DNA from: an uncultured bacterium
GTDB taxonomy: Bacteria > Patescibacteriota > Minisyncoccia > UBA6257 > GWB1-50-10
Direction of reading: 5' to 3'
NCBI GenBank assembly: GCA_963722655.1
Contig: CAVRNT010000002.1
Coordinates: 7,461-71,460, forward strand
DNA length: 64,000 nucleotides
Positions 20,313 through 30,074 of this stretch are shown here, piece by piece. The first letter of the stretch is position 1, and each line of letters opens with the position of its first letter. The notes below the pieces were generated by a model that searched no databases, was not told the DNA's origin, and saw only the letters and a list, made by a program, of their open reading frames with translations. The translations under genes were made by a program, and so were the position numbers.

Positions 20313-20803
20313 ATATGGAAAAGGCGGTCAAACAAATAGAAAAGATCGTGGTCAACGCCGGCATCGGCCGCTTGAGCGGCCAGCCGCAGTTCGAGGAGAA
20401 GCTCCTCCCGGCGGTCGTCGCCGACCTCGCCGCCGTGACCGGCCAAAAGCCGGCCTCGCGGGCGGCTAAGAAGTCCATCGCCTCCTTCAAGATGCGGGAA
20501 GGCCAGATCGTCGGTCTCGTCACCACCCTTCGCCGCCGCAAGATGACGGATTTTCTGACGCGCCTCGTTGGTTTGACGATGCCCCGCGTGAAGGACTTCC
20601 GTGGATTGGATTTGAAGAGCGTGGACGAGAGCGGCAATTTGAACGTCGGCTTCCGCGACCAAACTGTTTTCCCGGAGATTGATTCGGAAAAGACCAAGGT
20701 CAACTTCGGTCTGCAAGTGACCATCGTCCCGCGCATCAAAAACCGCGAGAAAGCGATTGCTTTGTATCGTTCCCTTGGGGTACCATTGAAACGCGAAAAA
20801 TAA
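20309..20803 (+). CDS. rplE: 50S ribosomal protein uL5, N-terminally short
   Basis: [32 protein letters not shown]. Confidence 0.96.
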   Translation: MNMEKAVKQIEKIVVNAGIGRLSGQPQFEEKLLPAVVADLAAVTGQKPASRAAKKSIASFKMREGQIVGLVTTLRRRKMTDFLTRLVGLTMPRVKDFRGLDLKSVDESGNLNVGFRDQTVFPEIDSEKTKVNFGLQVTIVPRIKNREKAIALYRSLGVPLKREK

Positions 20804-20807
20804 CACC

Positions 20808-20993
20808 ATGGCCAAAACATCCGTCAAGGCGCGCGCCGCAAAAAAACCGAAATTTTCCACCCGGTCGGTCAACCGGTGTTTTCGGTGCGGCCGCAAGCGC
20901 GCTTATATGCGCGATTTCGGACTTTGCCGGATTTGCTTCCGCGAGCTCGCGAGCCGCGGCGAGATCCCGGGCGTGAAGAAAGCCAGCTGGTAA
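20808..20993 (+). CDS. rpsN: 30S ribosomal protein uS14, zinc type
   Basis: RCFRCGR...LCRICFRE...IPGVKKASW. Confidence 0.98.
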   Translation: MAKTSVKARAAKKPKFSTRSVNRCFRCGRKRAYMRDFGLCRICFRELASRGEIPGVKKASW

Positions 20994-20997
20994 GAAA

Positions 20998-21369
20998 ATG
21001 TATATAGATCTACTCATAAAAATAAAAAACGCCCAGAAGGCCGGGCGCGACATCCTGAAGACCCGTTCCACCAAGATGGACAAAGCGGTGGCCGACCTTT
21101 TGGCCAAGCGCGGCTTCGTGAAGAGCGTTGAGGTCAAGGGCAAAACCTACAAGAAATATCTAGAGATCGACCTCAAGAGCGACCGGCTGATCTCGGGGGT
21201 GAAGTTCCTCAGCAAGCCATCCCTCCACCGCTACTCCGGCTACGCTACGATGAAGAAGGTGAAGGGCGGCTACGGTCTGCTCGTCGTCTCCACCCCGAAG
21301 GGGATCGTGAGCGGCGATGAGGCGAAGAAGCACAAGGTCGGCGGAGAACTCCTCTTGGAGGTTTGGTAA
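20998..21369 (+). CDS. rpsH: 30S ribosomal protein uS8
   Basis: SKPS..RY, STPKG, VGGELL. Confidence 0.97.
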   Translation: MYIDLLIKIKNAQKAGRDILKTRSTKMDKAVADLLAKRGFVKSVEVKGKTYKKYLEIDLKSDRLISGVKFLSKPSLHRYSGYATMKKVKGGYGLLVVSTPKGIVSGDEAKKHKVGGELLLEVW

Positions 21370-21373
21370 AAAC

Positions 21374-21931
21374 ATGAGTAAGATCGGCAAACAACCAGTG
21401 AAGCTGCCCGTGGGCGTGAGCGCGACGCTCGACCACGACGTTTTGCATTTGAAGGGTGCGAAGGGAGAACTCGAGGTGAAGGTCCTCTCGGGCGTCAAAG
21501 CGAAGATCGAAGGCGACGCGGTCATCTTCGAGGCCGTGAGTTCGTCCAAGCAGGCGCGGAGCAATTGGGGAACGACCCGGGCGCTCGCGGCAAACGCCAT
21601 TCTCGGTCTCGCCCAGGGTTTCGAAAAGACGCTCATTCTAGAAGGTGTCGGCTACCGCGTGACCAAGGAAGGGGAGAATCTTTCGCTTGCCCTCGGCTTT
21701 TCCCATCCGATCAAATATCCGGCCCCAGCGGGCATCAGTTTCGAAGTGGAGAAGAATTCAATCTTGAAGATCAAGGGCTTGGACCGGCAGAAGGTCGGCC
21801 AGGTGGCCGCGGAGATCCGGGCGATGAAGAAGCCAGAGCCGTACAAAGGCAAGGGATTCCACTACGAGAGCGAAGTAGTCCGCCGCAAGGCCGGCAAGAA
21901 GGCCGCCGCAACGGCCGGCCCCGCCGTCTAA
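21374..21931 (+). CDS. rplF: 50S ribosomal protein uL6
   Basis: [27 protein letters not shown]. Confidence 0.98.
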   Translation: MSKIGKQPVKLPVGVSATLDHDVLHLKGAKGELEVKVLSGVKAKIEGDAVIFEAVSSSKQARSNWGTTRALAANAILGLAQGFEKTLILEGVGYRVTKEGENLSLALGFSHPIKYPAPAGISFEVEKNSILKIKGLDRQKVGQVAAEIRAMKKPEPYKGKGFHYESEVVRRKAGKKAAATAGPAV

Positions 21932-21935
21932 AAAC

Positions 21936-22298
21936 ATGCCAAAACAAGCTAAAAGATCCAATAAAGTGAAGTTACGCCGGGCAAAGCGTGTCCGGGCGCA
22001 CCTCAAAACCGGCGATCAAAAGCCGCGGCTTTCGGTTTTCCGGAGCGGCCGGCACATCTACGCCCAGATTATTGACGACGCGTCGGGCAAGACGCTGGTC
22101 TCGGTCTCTTCGCTTGCCATGAAACCCAAGGCCAAATCCAAGAAGACCGACATCGCGGCCCTCGTCGGCGCCGCGCTCGCCGAAAAGGCGAAACAGGCGA
22201 GCGTCGTGAGCGTCGTCTTCGACCGCGGTCGCTACGCCTATCATGGCCGGGTGAAGGCCTTAGCCGAAGCCGCGCGTGCCGGAGGACTTAAATTCTAA
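21936..22298 (+). CDS. rplR: 50S ribosomal protein uL18
   Basis: [22 protein letters not shown]. Confidence 0.98.
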   Translation: MPKQAKRSNKVKLRRAKRVRAHLKTGDQKPRLSVFRSGRHIYAQIIDDASGKTLVSVSSLAMKPKAKSKKTDIAALVGAALAEKAKQASVVSVVFDRGRYAYHGRVKALAEAARAGGLKF

Positions 22299-22302
22299 AA
22301 AT

Positions 22303-22773
22303 ATGGCCAGACCGTACATGAAACCGAAGAAGGTCAGTGAATTCCAGGAAAAGGTCTTGGAGATCCGACGCGTCACCCGCGTCGTTGCCGGCGGCAAGCG
22401 CTTCAGCTTCCGGGCGACGGTCGTCTTGGGCGACGGCAAAGGCAAGGTGGGCGTGGGCGTCGCGAAGGGAATGGACGTGGCCGCATCCGTCGAGAAGGCC
22501 AAGCGGGCCGCTCAGCGGGAGATGTTCATCGTGCCCCTCAAGGACAATCGGACCATCCCGCACGACGTGGACGCCAAGTACAGCGCCGCCAAGGTGCGTT
22601 TGAAGCCGGCCCGGATAAACCACGGCCTCATCGCCGGCGGTTCCGTCCGCGCCGTCCTGGAGCTTGCGGGCGTGAAGGACATCTCGGCCAAGATCTTGGG
22701 CCGGACGACGAACAAGCTCACGAACGCCCTCGCGACCGTGGAAGCCCTCAAGAAATTAATGAAGGTCAAATAA
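22303..22773 (+). CDS. rpsE: 30S ribosomal protein uS5
   Basis: RVTRVVAGGKRFSF, IAGG.VRAVLELAG. Confidence 0.98.
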   Translation: MARPYMKPKKVSEFQEKVLEIRRVTRVVAGGKRFSFRATVVLGDGKGKVGVGVAKGMDVAASVEKAKRAAQREMFIVPLKDNRTIPHDVDAKYSAAKVRLKPARINHGLIAGGSVRAVLELAGVKDISAKILGRTTNKLTNALATVEALKKLMKVK

Positions 22774-22774
22774 T

Positions 22775-23194
22775 ATGCAGCTCAACGAATTAAAACCGGA
22801 TCACCCAAAGAGAAGGGAACTCCGCGTCGGCCGGGGAGGGAAGCGCGGCACGACCTCCGGTCGCGGCCAGAAAGGCCAGAAAGCCCGCTCTGGCCACCGT
22901 CTGCCCCGGACCGAGCGTGAGACGATTTTGAAGTTCCCGAAGGCCCGCGGTGTGAAGAATAAGCCGCTTTCCGCGCGGGCGACGATTATTCAGGTCTCGG
23001 CGCTGGGCGCTTTGGCCGTTGACGGCAAGCTCACGCGGGCGGTCCTCGCTGAAAAAGGCCTTATTGCGAACCCCCGCGCCAAGGTTAAAATATTGGGAGG
23101 CGGCAAGCTCATCTCCGCCGTCATCGTGCAGGGTGTGCCGGTCTCCGCTTCGGCCAGAAAGGCGATTGAAGCCGCCGGCGGGAAGGTGGAATAA
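22775..23194 (+). CDS. rplO: 50S ribosomal protein uL15
   Basis: RVGRG...GRGQKGQKARSG, KILG.G, IEAAGGKV. Confidence 0.97.
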   Translation: MQLNELKPDHPKRRELRVGRGGKRGTTSGRGQKGQKARSGHRLPRTERETILKFPKARGVKNKPLSARATIIQVSALGALAVDGKLTRAVLAEKGLIANPRAKVKILGGGKLISAVIVQGVPVSASARKAIEAAGGKVE

Positions 23195-24466
23195 ATGAAC
23201 AGGTTTTTGCAAATCTTCAAGATACCGGACCTCAGGAAGAAGATCCTAATGGTCCTCTTTTGGCTTTTGATCTTCCGGCTCCTCGCCGCGATCCCCACGC
23301 CGGGCATCAATGCTGCGGCCCTCCAGAACTTCTTGGGTTCCAACCAGCTCTTCGGCTTTTTGAACCTCTTCTCGGGCGGCGGGCTTTCCAACCTATCGAT
23401 AATGATGCTCGGCGTCGGGCCTTACATTACGGCGACCATCATCATGCAGCTCCTCACCATCGTCTTCCCGAACTTAAAGAAGATCTATTACGAGGAGGGC
23501 GCGGCCGGCCAGGCCAAGTTCAACCGCATCTCGCGGTACCTCACCGTCCCGCTCGCGATGCTCCAAGGCTACGGCTTTTTGAATCTCTTGATTTCTCAGA
23601 AGGTCCTCACGCCTCTCGCGCCTCTCCAGATGCTTACGAACGTCATCGTCATCACGGCCGGCAGCGTGCTCCTTACCTGGATCGGCGAGCTCATCACCGA
23701 ATACAAGATCGGGAACGGGGTCTCCTTGATCATCTTCGCCGGCATCGTGAGCCGCCTGCCCCAGACGGTCGCGAACGCCTTCGTGAACTACAGCCCGTCC
23801 ACCCTTCCGACCTATCTGGCCTTCGTCATCTTGGCCGTCATCGTGATCGCCGGCGTCGTCTTCGTGAACGAGGGCGAACGCAAGGTGCCGGTCTCGTACG
23901 CCAAGCAGGTCCGGGGGAACAAGCTCTACGGCGGCGTCTCGACCTATCTGCCGCTCCGGGTGAACCAGGCGGGCGTCATCCCCATCATCTTCGCCATCTC
24001 CTTGCTCCTTTTCCCGCAGTTCATCTCGCAGGCCATCACCATCGTTTCGCCGACGCTCGCGGCGAGCATGACCGCGTGGGTGAGCGGCTTTTTCGCCAAC
24101 ATTCCGATCTACAGTTTGGTCTATTTCATCCTCGTGGTGCTTTTCACCTATTTCTACACGGCCATTACCTTTGACCCGAACGAGATCTCGAAGAACCTCC
24201 AGCGGAGCGGGGGATTCGTGCCGGGCGTGCGCCCCGGCGAGTCCACGGCCTCGCTCATCACGCACATTATGCACCGCATCACGCTCTTCGGCGCGATCTT
24301 CCTTGGCATCGTGGCCATCTTGCCTAACCTGACCCAAATGGTGACGGGCATCCAAGCCCTGACCGTCGGCGGCACAGCGCTCCTCATCGTCGTCGCGGTC
24401 GCTTTGGAAGTGATGAAACAGATTGAGTCCCAGCTTACCGTCCGGGAATACGAGAACATAATCTAA
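23195..24466 (+). CDS. secY: Preprotein translocase SecY
   Basis: LGVGPYITATII, IGNGVSLIIF, AGVIPIIFA, GGTALLI. Confidence 0.99.
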   Translation: MNRFLQIFKIPDLRKKILMVLFWLLIFRLLAAIPTPGINAAALQNFLGSNQLFGFLNLFSGGGLSNLSIMMLGVGPYITATIIMQLLTIVFPNLKKIYYEEGAAGQAKFNRISRYLTVPLAMLQGYGFLNLLISQKVLTPLAPLQMLTNVIVITAGSVLLTWIGELITEYKIGNGVSLIIFAGIVSRLPQTVANAFVNYSPSTLPTYLAFVILAVIVIAGVVFVNEGERKVPVSYAKQVRGNKLYGGVSTYLPLRVNQAGVIPIIFAISLLLFPQFISQAITIVSPTLAASMTAWVSGFFANIPIYSLVYFILVVLFTYFYTAITFDPNEISKNLQRSGGFVPGVRPGESTASLITHIMHRITLFGAIFLGIVAILPNLTQMVTGIQALTVGGTALLIVVAVALEVMKQIESQLTVREYENII

Positions 24467-24532
24467 AACGGATACTGCCACAAAATATCGTGGCGGTTTT
24501 TTTGTCCCAAAAATCGTGCTATCATTACTTAG

Positions 24533-25216
24533 ATGCCTAAACAGGCCGTTATTGTTTTTGGCCCGCCGGGGGGCGGCAAAGGAACGCAGGCGGAACTTTT
24601 GGAAAAGAGACACAACTTTGTCCACTTCGACAGCGGGCGGTTCTTTGAGAACCTCTTCAAGTCGCCGGAGGCGAAAAAGGACCCGGTCCTGAAGCGCGAG
24701 AAGTGCCTCTTCGACACGGGAGAGCTGATGTCTCCGGCATTCGCCTTAAGGACCTCGACGGCAGCTGTGAAGCGCATCGGCCTCGCTGGCGATTCCATCG
24801 TCTTTAGCGGTTCGCCGCGCACGGAATACGAGGCCTTCGGCGACAAGAGACATCAAGGATTGCTCAAGACGATCGAAGGCGTCTACGGCAAAAAGAACGT
24901 TTCCATAGTAGAGCTCAAAGTGAAACCGAGGACGTCGCTCAAGAGGAACGGCGCCCGGCGCGTCTGCGGCTTTTGCGGTTTGCCGGTCCTCGCCTCGGCG
25001 AAGACAGCCATCTGTGCCTTCTGCGCCGGCAAGACCCGCCGCCGGACGCTCGACAAGCCTACGGTCATCAAGGAGCGCCTCAAGGAATACGCCCGGCGCA
25101 CCCAGCCGATGATCGCGCGGATGAGAAGGAATGGCTATAGGATAATCCCGGTGAACGGAGAATTACTGCCGTATAAAATATCTGAAGGTATTGCAAAAAA
25201 ACTCCATTTGGCATGA
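24533..25216 (+). CDS. adk: Adenylate / NMP kinase
   Basis: P-loop GPPGGGKGTQA, G.PR, CxxC...CxxC lid; follows secY. Confidence 0.85.
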   Translation: MPKQAVIVFGPPGGGKGTQAELLEKRHNFVHFDSGRFFENLFKSPEAKKDPVLKREKCLFDTGELMSPAFALRTSTAAVKRIGLAGDSIVFSGSPRTEYEAFGDKRHQGLLKTIEGVYGKKNVSIVELKVKPRTSLKRNGARRVCGFCGLPVLASAKTAICAFCAGKTRRRTLDKPTVIKERLKEYARRTQPMIARMRRNGYRIIPVNGELLPYKISEGIAKKLHLA

Positions 25217-25974
25217 TGCGTCTTAAGAAGGAGAAAGACCTGGAAGGACTTAGAACTTCCGGAAACATTTTGGTGCAGATCCTCGTCGCCTTGCAGGAAA
25301 AGGCGGTTGTCGGCGTGAACTTGATGGAACTCGAGGAGACGGCCCGGAAGATGCTTAAGGGCGCCGGCGCCATCGCCGCCTTTTTGAACTACAAGCCGGA
25401 GGGCGCCTCGACGCCTTATCCGGCCGCCCTTTGCACCTCTTTGAATGACCAGATCGTCCACGGCCAGCCGCATGATCACGTCCTCAAAGACGGTGAACTG
25501 TTGAAGATCGATTTCGGCGTCGTTTACAAGGGTTACGTCACAGATGCCGCCGTCACGATTGGCCTCGGCAAAATAACGGAAGCGGCGAAGAAGCTTATTG
25601 CCGTGACGGAAGAATCGCTCAAAGAGGGGATCCGTGCCATAAAGAGCGGCGGCAGTTTAGGCGACATCGGCTATGCCATCGAATCCCACGTGGAGAAGAA
25701 CGGCTTGAGCGTCGTCCAAGGCCTCACTGGCCACGGCACGGGCTTCAAGCTCCACGAGGACCCGACGGTCTACAACTCCGGTAAGCGAGGTGAGGGAGTG
25801 AAGCTTCAGGAAGGCCTGGTCCTCGCGATCGAGCCGATGGTGAGCTTGGGCTCGCCGCAGATCAAGCAGGCCAAAGACGACAGCTACTTCACCGCGGACG
25901 GGAGCTTGAGCGCCCATTTCGAAAAGACCGTCGCCATCACGAAAAACGGCGTGGAGATTCTCACGCCGTTTTAA
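25213..25974 (+). CDS. map: Methionine aminopeptidase type I
   Basis: S.ND..VHG.P, D.G, GHG.G..LHEDP, AIEPM, SAHFE.T. Confidence 0.97.
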   Translation: MMRLKKEKDLEGLRTSGNILVQILVALQEKAVVGVNLMELEETARKMLKGAGAIAAFLNYKPEGASTPYPAALCTSLNDQIVHGQPHDHVLKDGELLKIDFGVVYKGYVTDAAVTIGLGKITEAAKKLIAVTEESLKEGIRAIKSGGSLGDIGYAIESHVEKNGLSVVQGLTGHGTGFKLHEDPTVYNSGKRGEGVKLQEGLVLAIEPMVSLGSPQIKQAKDDSYFTADGSLSAHFEKTVAITKNGVEILTPF

Positions 25975-28143
25975 CTATTTCTTTAGTTTGTGCGGGTTGT
26001 GGTTCGGACAGGCCTTATTGGAACATCTTTCCGGGATGGTCTTCGTTCCTCGCATCATCAGTGAGCCGCAAAGATGGCATTTATTGCCCGTCGGTTTGGA
26101 TTTCATTATGAACTTGCACTTGGGATAGTTGGAGCAGCTGAAGAAAGGCCCGAAGCGGCCGTGGCGCTCCACGATCTCACCGCCGTCCAACGGGCATTTC
26201 ACCCCGGTCCCGTTCAAATTATTGCCGTTCTCGCTCTGCTTGATGTATTTGCACTTCGGATAACGCGAGCAGGCGATGAACTTGCCGAAACGGCCCTCCT
26301 TCTCGACGAGTTTGCCGATCTTGCACTCGGGGCAGGTTTCGCCCGTTTCCTTAGGCGGTTCCATCACCGAGCCGTCGATCTTTCGCGCTCCGAGGCAGTC
26401 GGGGAAGAGCCGGCAGCTCAAGAAGCGGCCGGAACGGGAAAGTTTGATGAGCATCGGACCGTGGCTCGGGTCCAAGGGGCAGAGGAAGCGCGCGTCCTCG
26501 CCCAAGGTCGTCGCTTTTTCCAGTTTGTCCTTCGCCTTAACGTCCTTGGAAAAGGGGCCGTAGAAACCCTTCAAGGTCTTTTCATAATCGCGCTTGCCTT
26601 CGGCAATCTCGTCCAGGTCGTTCTCCATCTCGGCGGTGAAGGAATCGCTCACGTAAGTTGGGAAATTCTTCTCCAAGAACGACGAGACGACGTCACCCGT
26701 GTCCGTGGGCTGAAGGGCTTTGCCGTTCTTCTCGACGTAGCCGCGCTTGAGGAGCGTCGCAATTATCGTGGCGTAGGTCGAAGGCCGGCCGATTTCGCGC
26801 TTCTCGAGCTCGCGGACCAAGCCCGCCTCGGTGTAGCGCGGCGGCGGCTCGGTCTGCTTCTCCTCGCTCGCAATCTCCTTCAATTTCAGCACTTCACCCT
26901 CTTTGACCGGCGGCAGTTCTTTTTCCTCTCCCCGGGAACGGGGATCACCCAAGAGCCAGCCGGGGAAGGAAATCACGCTCCCGGTCGCCGTGAAGTTCGG
27001 TATTTTAGCGCCGTCGATGTTAGTGCTGACCGTCGTCCGGGCCATCTCGGCGTCCATCATCTGGCTCGCGAGCGTCCGCTCGCGGATCAGAACGTAGAGT
27101 TTTCTCTGTTCCTCGGTCGTGCCGGCGTACTTTTTAGATACCTGCGTTGGCCGGATGGCCTCGTGGGCCTCTTGGGCCGTCTTGCTCTTCGTCATAAAGA
27201 CCCGGGGCTGAACGTACTCCTTGCCGAACTCTTTCTCCACTTGGAAGAGGATGGCCGGCAAGAGCTCCTTGCTGATCGCGACGCTATCGGTCCTCATATA
27301 GGTGATGAGGCCTTGCTCGTAGAGCTTTTGGGCGATGCCCATCGTACGGGAAGGGGAGAAACCCAGACGCGACGAAGCGGACTGCTGGAGGGTGGAGGTA
27401 GTGAAGGGCGGGCGCGGCGAGCGCTTGACCTTCGTCTGCTTGACCTCCAAGATGCTCCACCGGCCGCTTTTCGCCTCGGCGATGATCCTCTCAGCCTCGT
27501 TCTTTTCTTTGGGCTGTTCGACGCAAACGAGGCGCAACTCGCCTTCTTCAGCGGCGAAATCGCCCTCCAAGACGTAGAACGTCTCGGGCTTGAAGGCCCG
27601 GATCTCGCGCTCCCGCTCGACGAGGATGCGCAGGGCGGGAGATTGGACGCGCCCGGCCGATAATCCGTAGCGCACCTTCTTCCAAATGAGGCCGGAAAGG
27701 TCGTAGCCGAAGAGCCGGTCCAGGACGCGACGGGCCTCCTGGGCCTTCAAGAGATTCTGGTCGATCGGCCGGGGATGCTCCATCGCCTCCTTGATGGCCG
27801 GTTCGGTGATCTCGTGGAAGGCAATCCGGTCGGCGTTCTTTTCGTCCAGGCCGATTGTCTCCGCGATGTGCCAAGCGATGGCTTCGCCCTCGCGGTCCGG
27901 ATCGGTCGCAAGATAGACCCTGTCCGCCTTACCCGCGAGCTTTTTGAGCTCGGCCACGACGTGCTCCTTACCCTTGACGATCTCGTAGGTCGGCTTGAAG
28001 CCGGCCGCGACGTCGATGGCCTTCTTGTTGCTCTTGGGGAGGTCGCGAATATGGCCGACGCTCGCCCGGATCTCGAATGATGGGTCCAGGTATTTGGAGA
28101 TCGTCTTGGCCTTGGTCGGCGACTCAACAATGACTAAATTCAT
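25975..28143 (-). CDS. topA: DNA topoisomerase I with C-terminal zinc ribbons
   Basis: IVESPTKAKTI, ATDPDREGEAI, SAGRVQS, ITYMRTDS. Confidence 0.99.
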   Translation of the reverse strand: MNLVIVESPTKAKTISKYLDPSFEIRASVGHIRDLPKSNKKAIDVAAGFKPTYEIVKGKEHVVAELKKLAGKADRVYLATDPDREGEAIAWHIAETIGLDEKNADRIAFHEITEPAIKEAMEHPRPIDQNLLKAQEARRVLDRLFGYDLSGLIWKKVRYGLSAGRVQSPALRILVEREREIRAFKPETFYVLEGDFAAEEGELRLVCVEQPKEKNEAERIIAEAKSGRWSILEVKQTKVKRSPRPPFTTSTLQQSASSRLGFSPSRTMGIAQKLYEQGLITYMRTDSVAISKELLPAILFQVEKEFGKEYVQPRVFMTKSKTAQEAHEAIRPTQVSKKYAGTTEEQRKLYVLIRERTLASQMMDAEMARTTVSTNIDGAKIPNFTATGSVISFPGWLLGDPRSRGEEKELPPVKEGEVLKLKEIASEEKQTEPPPRYTEAGLVRELEKREIGRPSTYATIIATLLKRGYVEKNGKALQPTDTGDVVSSFLEKNFPTYVSDSFTAEMENDLDEIAEGKRDYEKTLKGFYGPFSKDVKAKDKLEKATTLGEDARFLCPLDPSHGPMLIKLSRSGRFLSCRLFPDCLGARKIDGSVMEPPKETGETCPECKIGKLVEKEGRFGKFIACSRYPKCKYIKQSENGNNLNGTGVKCPLDGGEIVERHGRFGPFFSCSNYPKCKFIMKSKPTGNKCHLCGSLMMRGTKTIPERCSNKACPNHNPHKLKK

Positions 28144-28146
28144 TTT

Positions 28147-28484
28147 TTATTTTCGTTTTAACAAGTACCGACCATGATCCTCAATCACCAAACCGCGCAG
28201 GATGAGGTACGTCGGGTATTCGGACACTACTATATGGGTCTCAAGATTAACCATCCGCGAGAGGTTGTCAAACGCGAGGGGTCCGGCGCTCCCCGTGAGC
28301 GCTTGGAGGATGGCTCGGTCAACGTCGTCATTTTCCTCGCCGATGCTTGAGGCGGCCGACCGGGAAAGGGCGAGACCGTAGTCCGCGGCGCCTCGCCGAG
28401 GCAAAATAGGGCAGCGGGCAGATCCTTCGTCTGCCGCAAGAGTTCGGGATACCCTTCGTCGCCGAGCGCGATCTCGCTCATCAT
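28147..28484 (-). pseudogene. dprA: dprA remnant (internal deletion and frameshift)
   Basis: DprA-like DEGYPELLRQTKDLPAALFCLG in one frame, winged-helix-like C-terminus in another, catalytic core absent; upstream of topA. Confidence 0.7.
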
Positions 28485-28527
28485 CCCTTCATTATATATG
28501 AGCCGTCGGTTATAATAGAGGAAAGAG

Positions 28528-29052
28528 ATGGACCACTTCAAAAAGCGGCTGATCGTCGAGCTCATCGTCGCGGTCATCATCATTGCGGCTCTTTTCGCTG
28601 GCATCTTCTTCTTCAAGGGCAATGTCGATGATTACATCGGCCGGATCGCCCAAGCCCGGGCGCTCCTCACGAGCCGCACCCAAGCCGCGAACAACCTCGC
28701 TCTTCTTGAGAGGCAGTACAACGGCGAGGTCGTCGGCGATCTGAACGAGCTTTACAACATCGTCCCGACCTACGACAGCTTAATTAACTTGAACGCCGAA
28801 CTGCAGTCGATGGCTGTACCCTACAAGCTCGGCTACGGCTTTTCCTTCGCCGGCCAGAACCCCCCGAGCGGGGACAATCTGGGCAGTTTGGGATATAACC
28901 TCACGGTGACCTCCGGCAACATCAACGATCTCCTCTCTTTCCTCAAAGCGCTGACCAATTTCCACGACTTGGGCTCGGTCGACAACGTTTCCGTCCATAC
29001 TTCGAGCGGCCAGTTGAACCTCGCCGTGAACGGTCACATCTTCTATCGCTGA
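28528..29052 (+). CDS. PilO/GspM-like type IV pilus alignment protein
   Basis: TM + coiled coil + LP...L..L...F.LTV.G....LL.FL..L ferredoxin-like pattern. Confidence 0.6.
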   Translation: MDHFKKRLIVELIVAVIIIAALFAGIFFFKGNVDDYIGRIAQARALLTSRTQAANNLALLERQYNGEVVGDLNELYNIVPTYDSLINLNAELQSMAVPYKLGYGFSFAGQNPPSGDNLGSLGYNLTVTSGNINDLLSFLKALTNFHDLGSVDNVSVHTSSGQLNLAVNGHIFYR

Positions 29053-29058
29053 ACCATA

Positions 29059-29271
29059 ATGGCCAAGGTCTTCAAGAAATTCAAAAAGTTTGGACAATAT
29101 TGGTTCTTCGCCTTGGCGGTCGTGCTCGTCATTCTCGTCGGGCTTTTCGTCATCTGGAGCGTGGTCTATTTAGGCGAGAGCTTCAACGAGGCCCTCGCGG
29201 TCTCGACCGCGCCGCCGCCCCAGCTTCAATTTGACATCCAGGGTTTCCAAAAACTAAACTTGAACCAGTAA
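29059..29271 (+). CDS. Small single-TM protein co-transcribed with the PilO-like gene
   Basis: 70 aa, one TM, 6-nt gap from the previous gene. Confidence 0.65.
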   Translation: MAKVFKKFKKFGQYWFFALAVVLVILVGLFVIWSVVYLGESFNEALAVSTAPPPQLQFDIQGFQKLNLNQ

Positions 29272-29276
29272 CGAAG

Positions 29277-29351
29277 GGGCGTGTAGTTCAGTGGTAGAAC
29301 GCTGTCCTGATAAGACAGAGGTCCCAGGTTCGATCCCTGGCACGCCCACCA
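29277..29351 (+). tRNA. tRNA-Ile(GAT)
   Basis: GGGCGTG/CACGCCC, CTGTC-CTGATAA-GACAG, encoded CCA. Confidence 0.97.
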
Positions 29352-29373
29352 GCTCTTTTCGTTCCTAGCTGTT

Positions 29374-29446
29374 GGGCCGTTAGCTTAGCTGGTAGAGCAC
29401 CTCATTTGCAATGAGGAGGTCAGCGGTTCGACTCCGCTACGGTCCA
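29374..29446 (+). tRNA. tRNA-Ala(TGC)
   Basis: G3:U70 pair, CCTCA-TTTGCAA-TGAGG. Confidence 0.97.
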
Positions 29447-29501
29447 CAAATAAGATACCCCGCCAATAGTGCGAGATATCTTACTTTTACGATATTTCTT
29501 T

Positions 29502-29945
29502 TTATCTTTCGGCGATATGGCTGCCAGGACCGCTCACGACGACGATATCCGTCTTATGGATGCCGAAATCCTTGGCTTGCGCGACGGTCGGCATCCAGAC
29601 GTCCACGAAGCCAATCATCTTGCGGTTCATTCGATCCTCGACGGTGAAGACCTTGTCGCCGAAGAGCGCCGGGATCTGGACTTGGGTGCCGAAGGGCAGG
29701 AAATTCGCGGCCAGGAATCCGTCCGCCACGCGCTTATTGGAGGCCGTGACGAACGGTGTCGCATCGGTCTCTTGAGGGACGCTCGCGTAGGCCGTGACGT
29801 AGACCGAAACCGTCTGGGGAGCGGCGGCCGTGACCGCCGGGGCGGAACTGGTTGCGGCAGTGCCGTCCACCGTCTTCGCGTAATCTATCGGGATGGGCCT
29901 TATAAGCAAAACGCCCATCAAAAGCGGCGTTAGATACTTTTTCAT
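29502..29945 (-). CDS. 3D-domain cell-wall protein
   Basis: TAY.S...ETD.TPF.TA, AAN.LPFGT, VEDR, VDVW. Confidence 0.9.
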   Translation of the reverse strand: MKKYLTPLLMGVLLIRPIPIDYAKTVDGTAATSSAPAVTAAAPQTVSVYVTAYASVPQETDATPFVTASNKRVADGFLAANFLPFGTQVQIPALFGDKVFTVEDRMNRKMIGFVDVWMPTVAQAKDFGIHKTDIVVVSGPGSHIAER

Positions 29946-30074
29946 TTGATTCTATTTACCTTTCCAAACAAAAACCCCCGACGTTGAGGATTATGGCCGT
30001 ATTCTATCATAGCCACGGAAAAAGTCAACCGTAAGGGCTAGGAACCCCATAAAATCAGGCCTATAATGGCTTAG

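Noticed and set aside
10138-27663. Long antisense and alternate-frame ORFs over ribosomal genes, secY and topA (e.g. 26074..27663 +, 16471..17601 -)
   Set aside because: Shadow ORFs caused by GC-rich third codon positions; no motifs, and they overlap unambiguous genes
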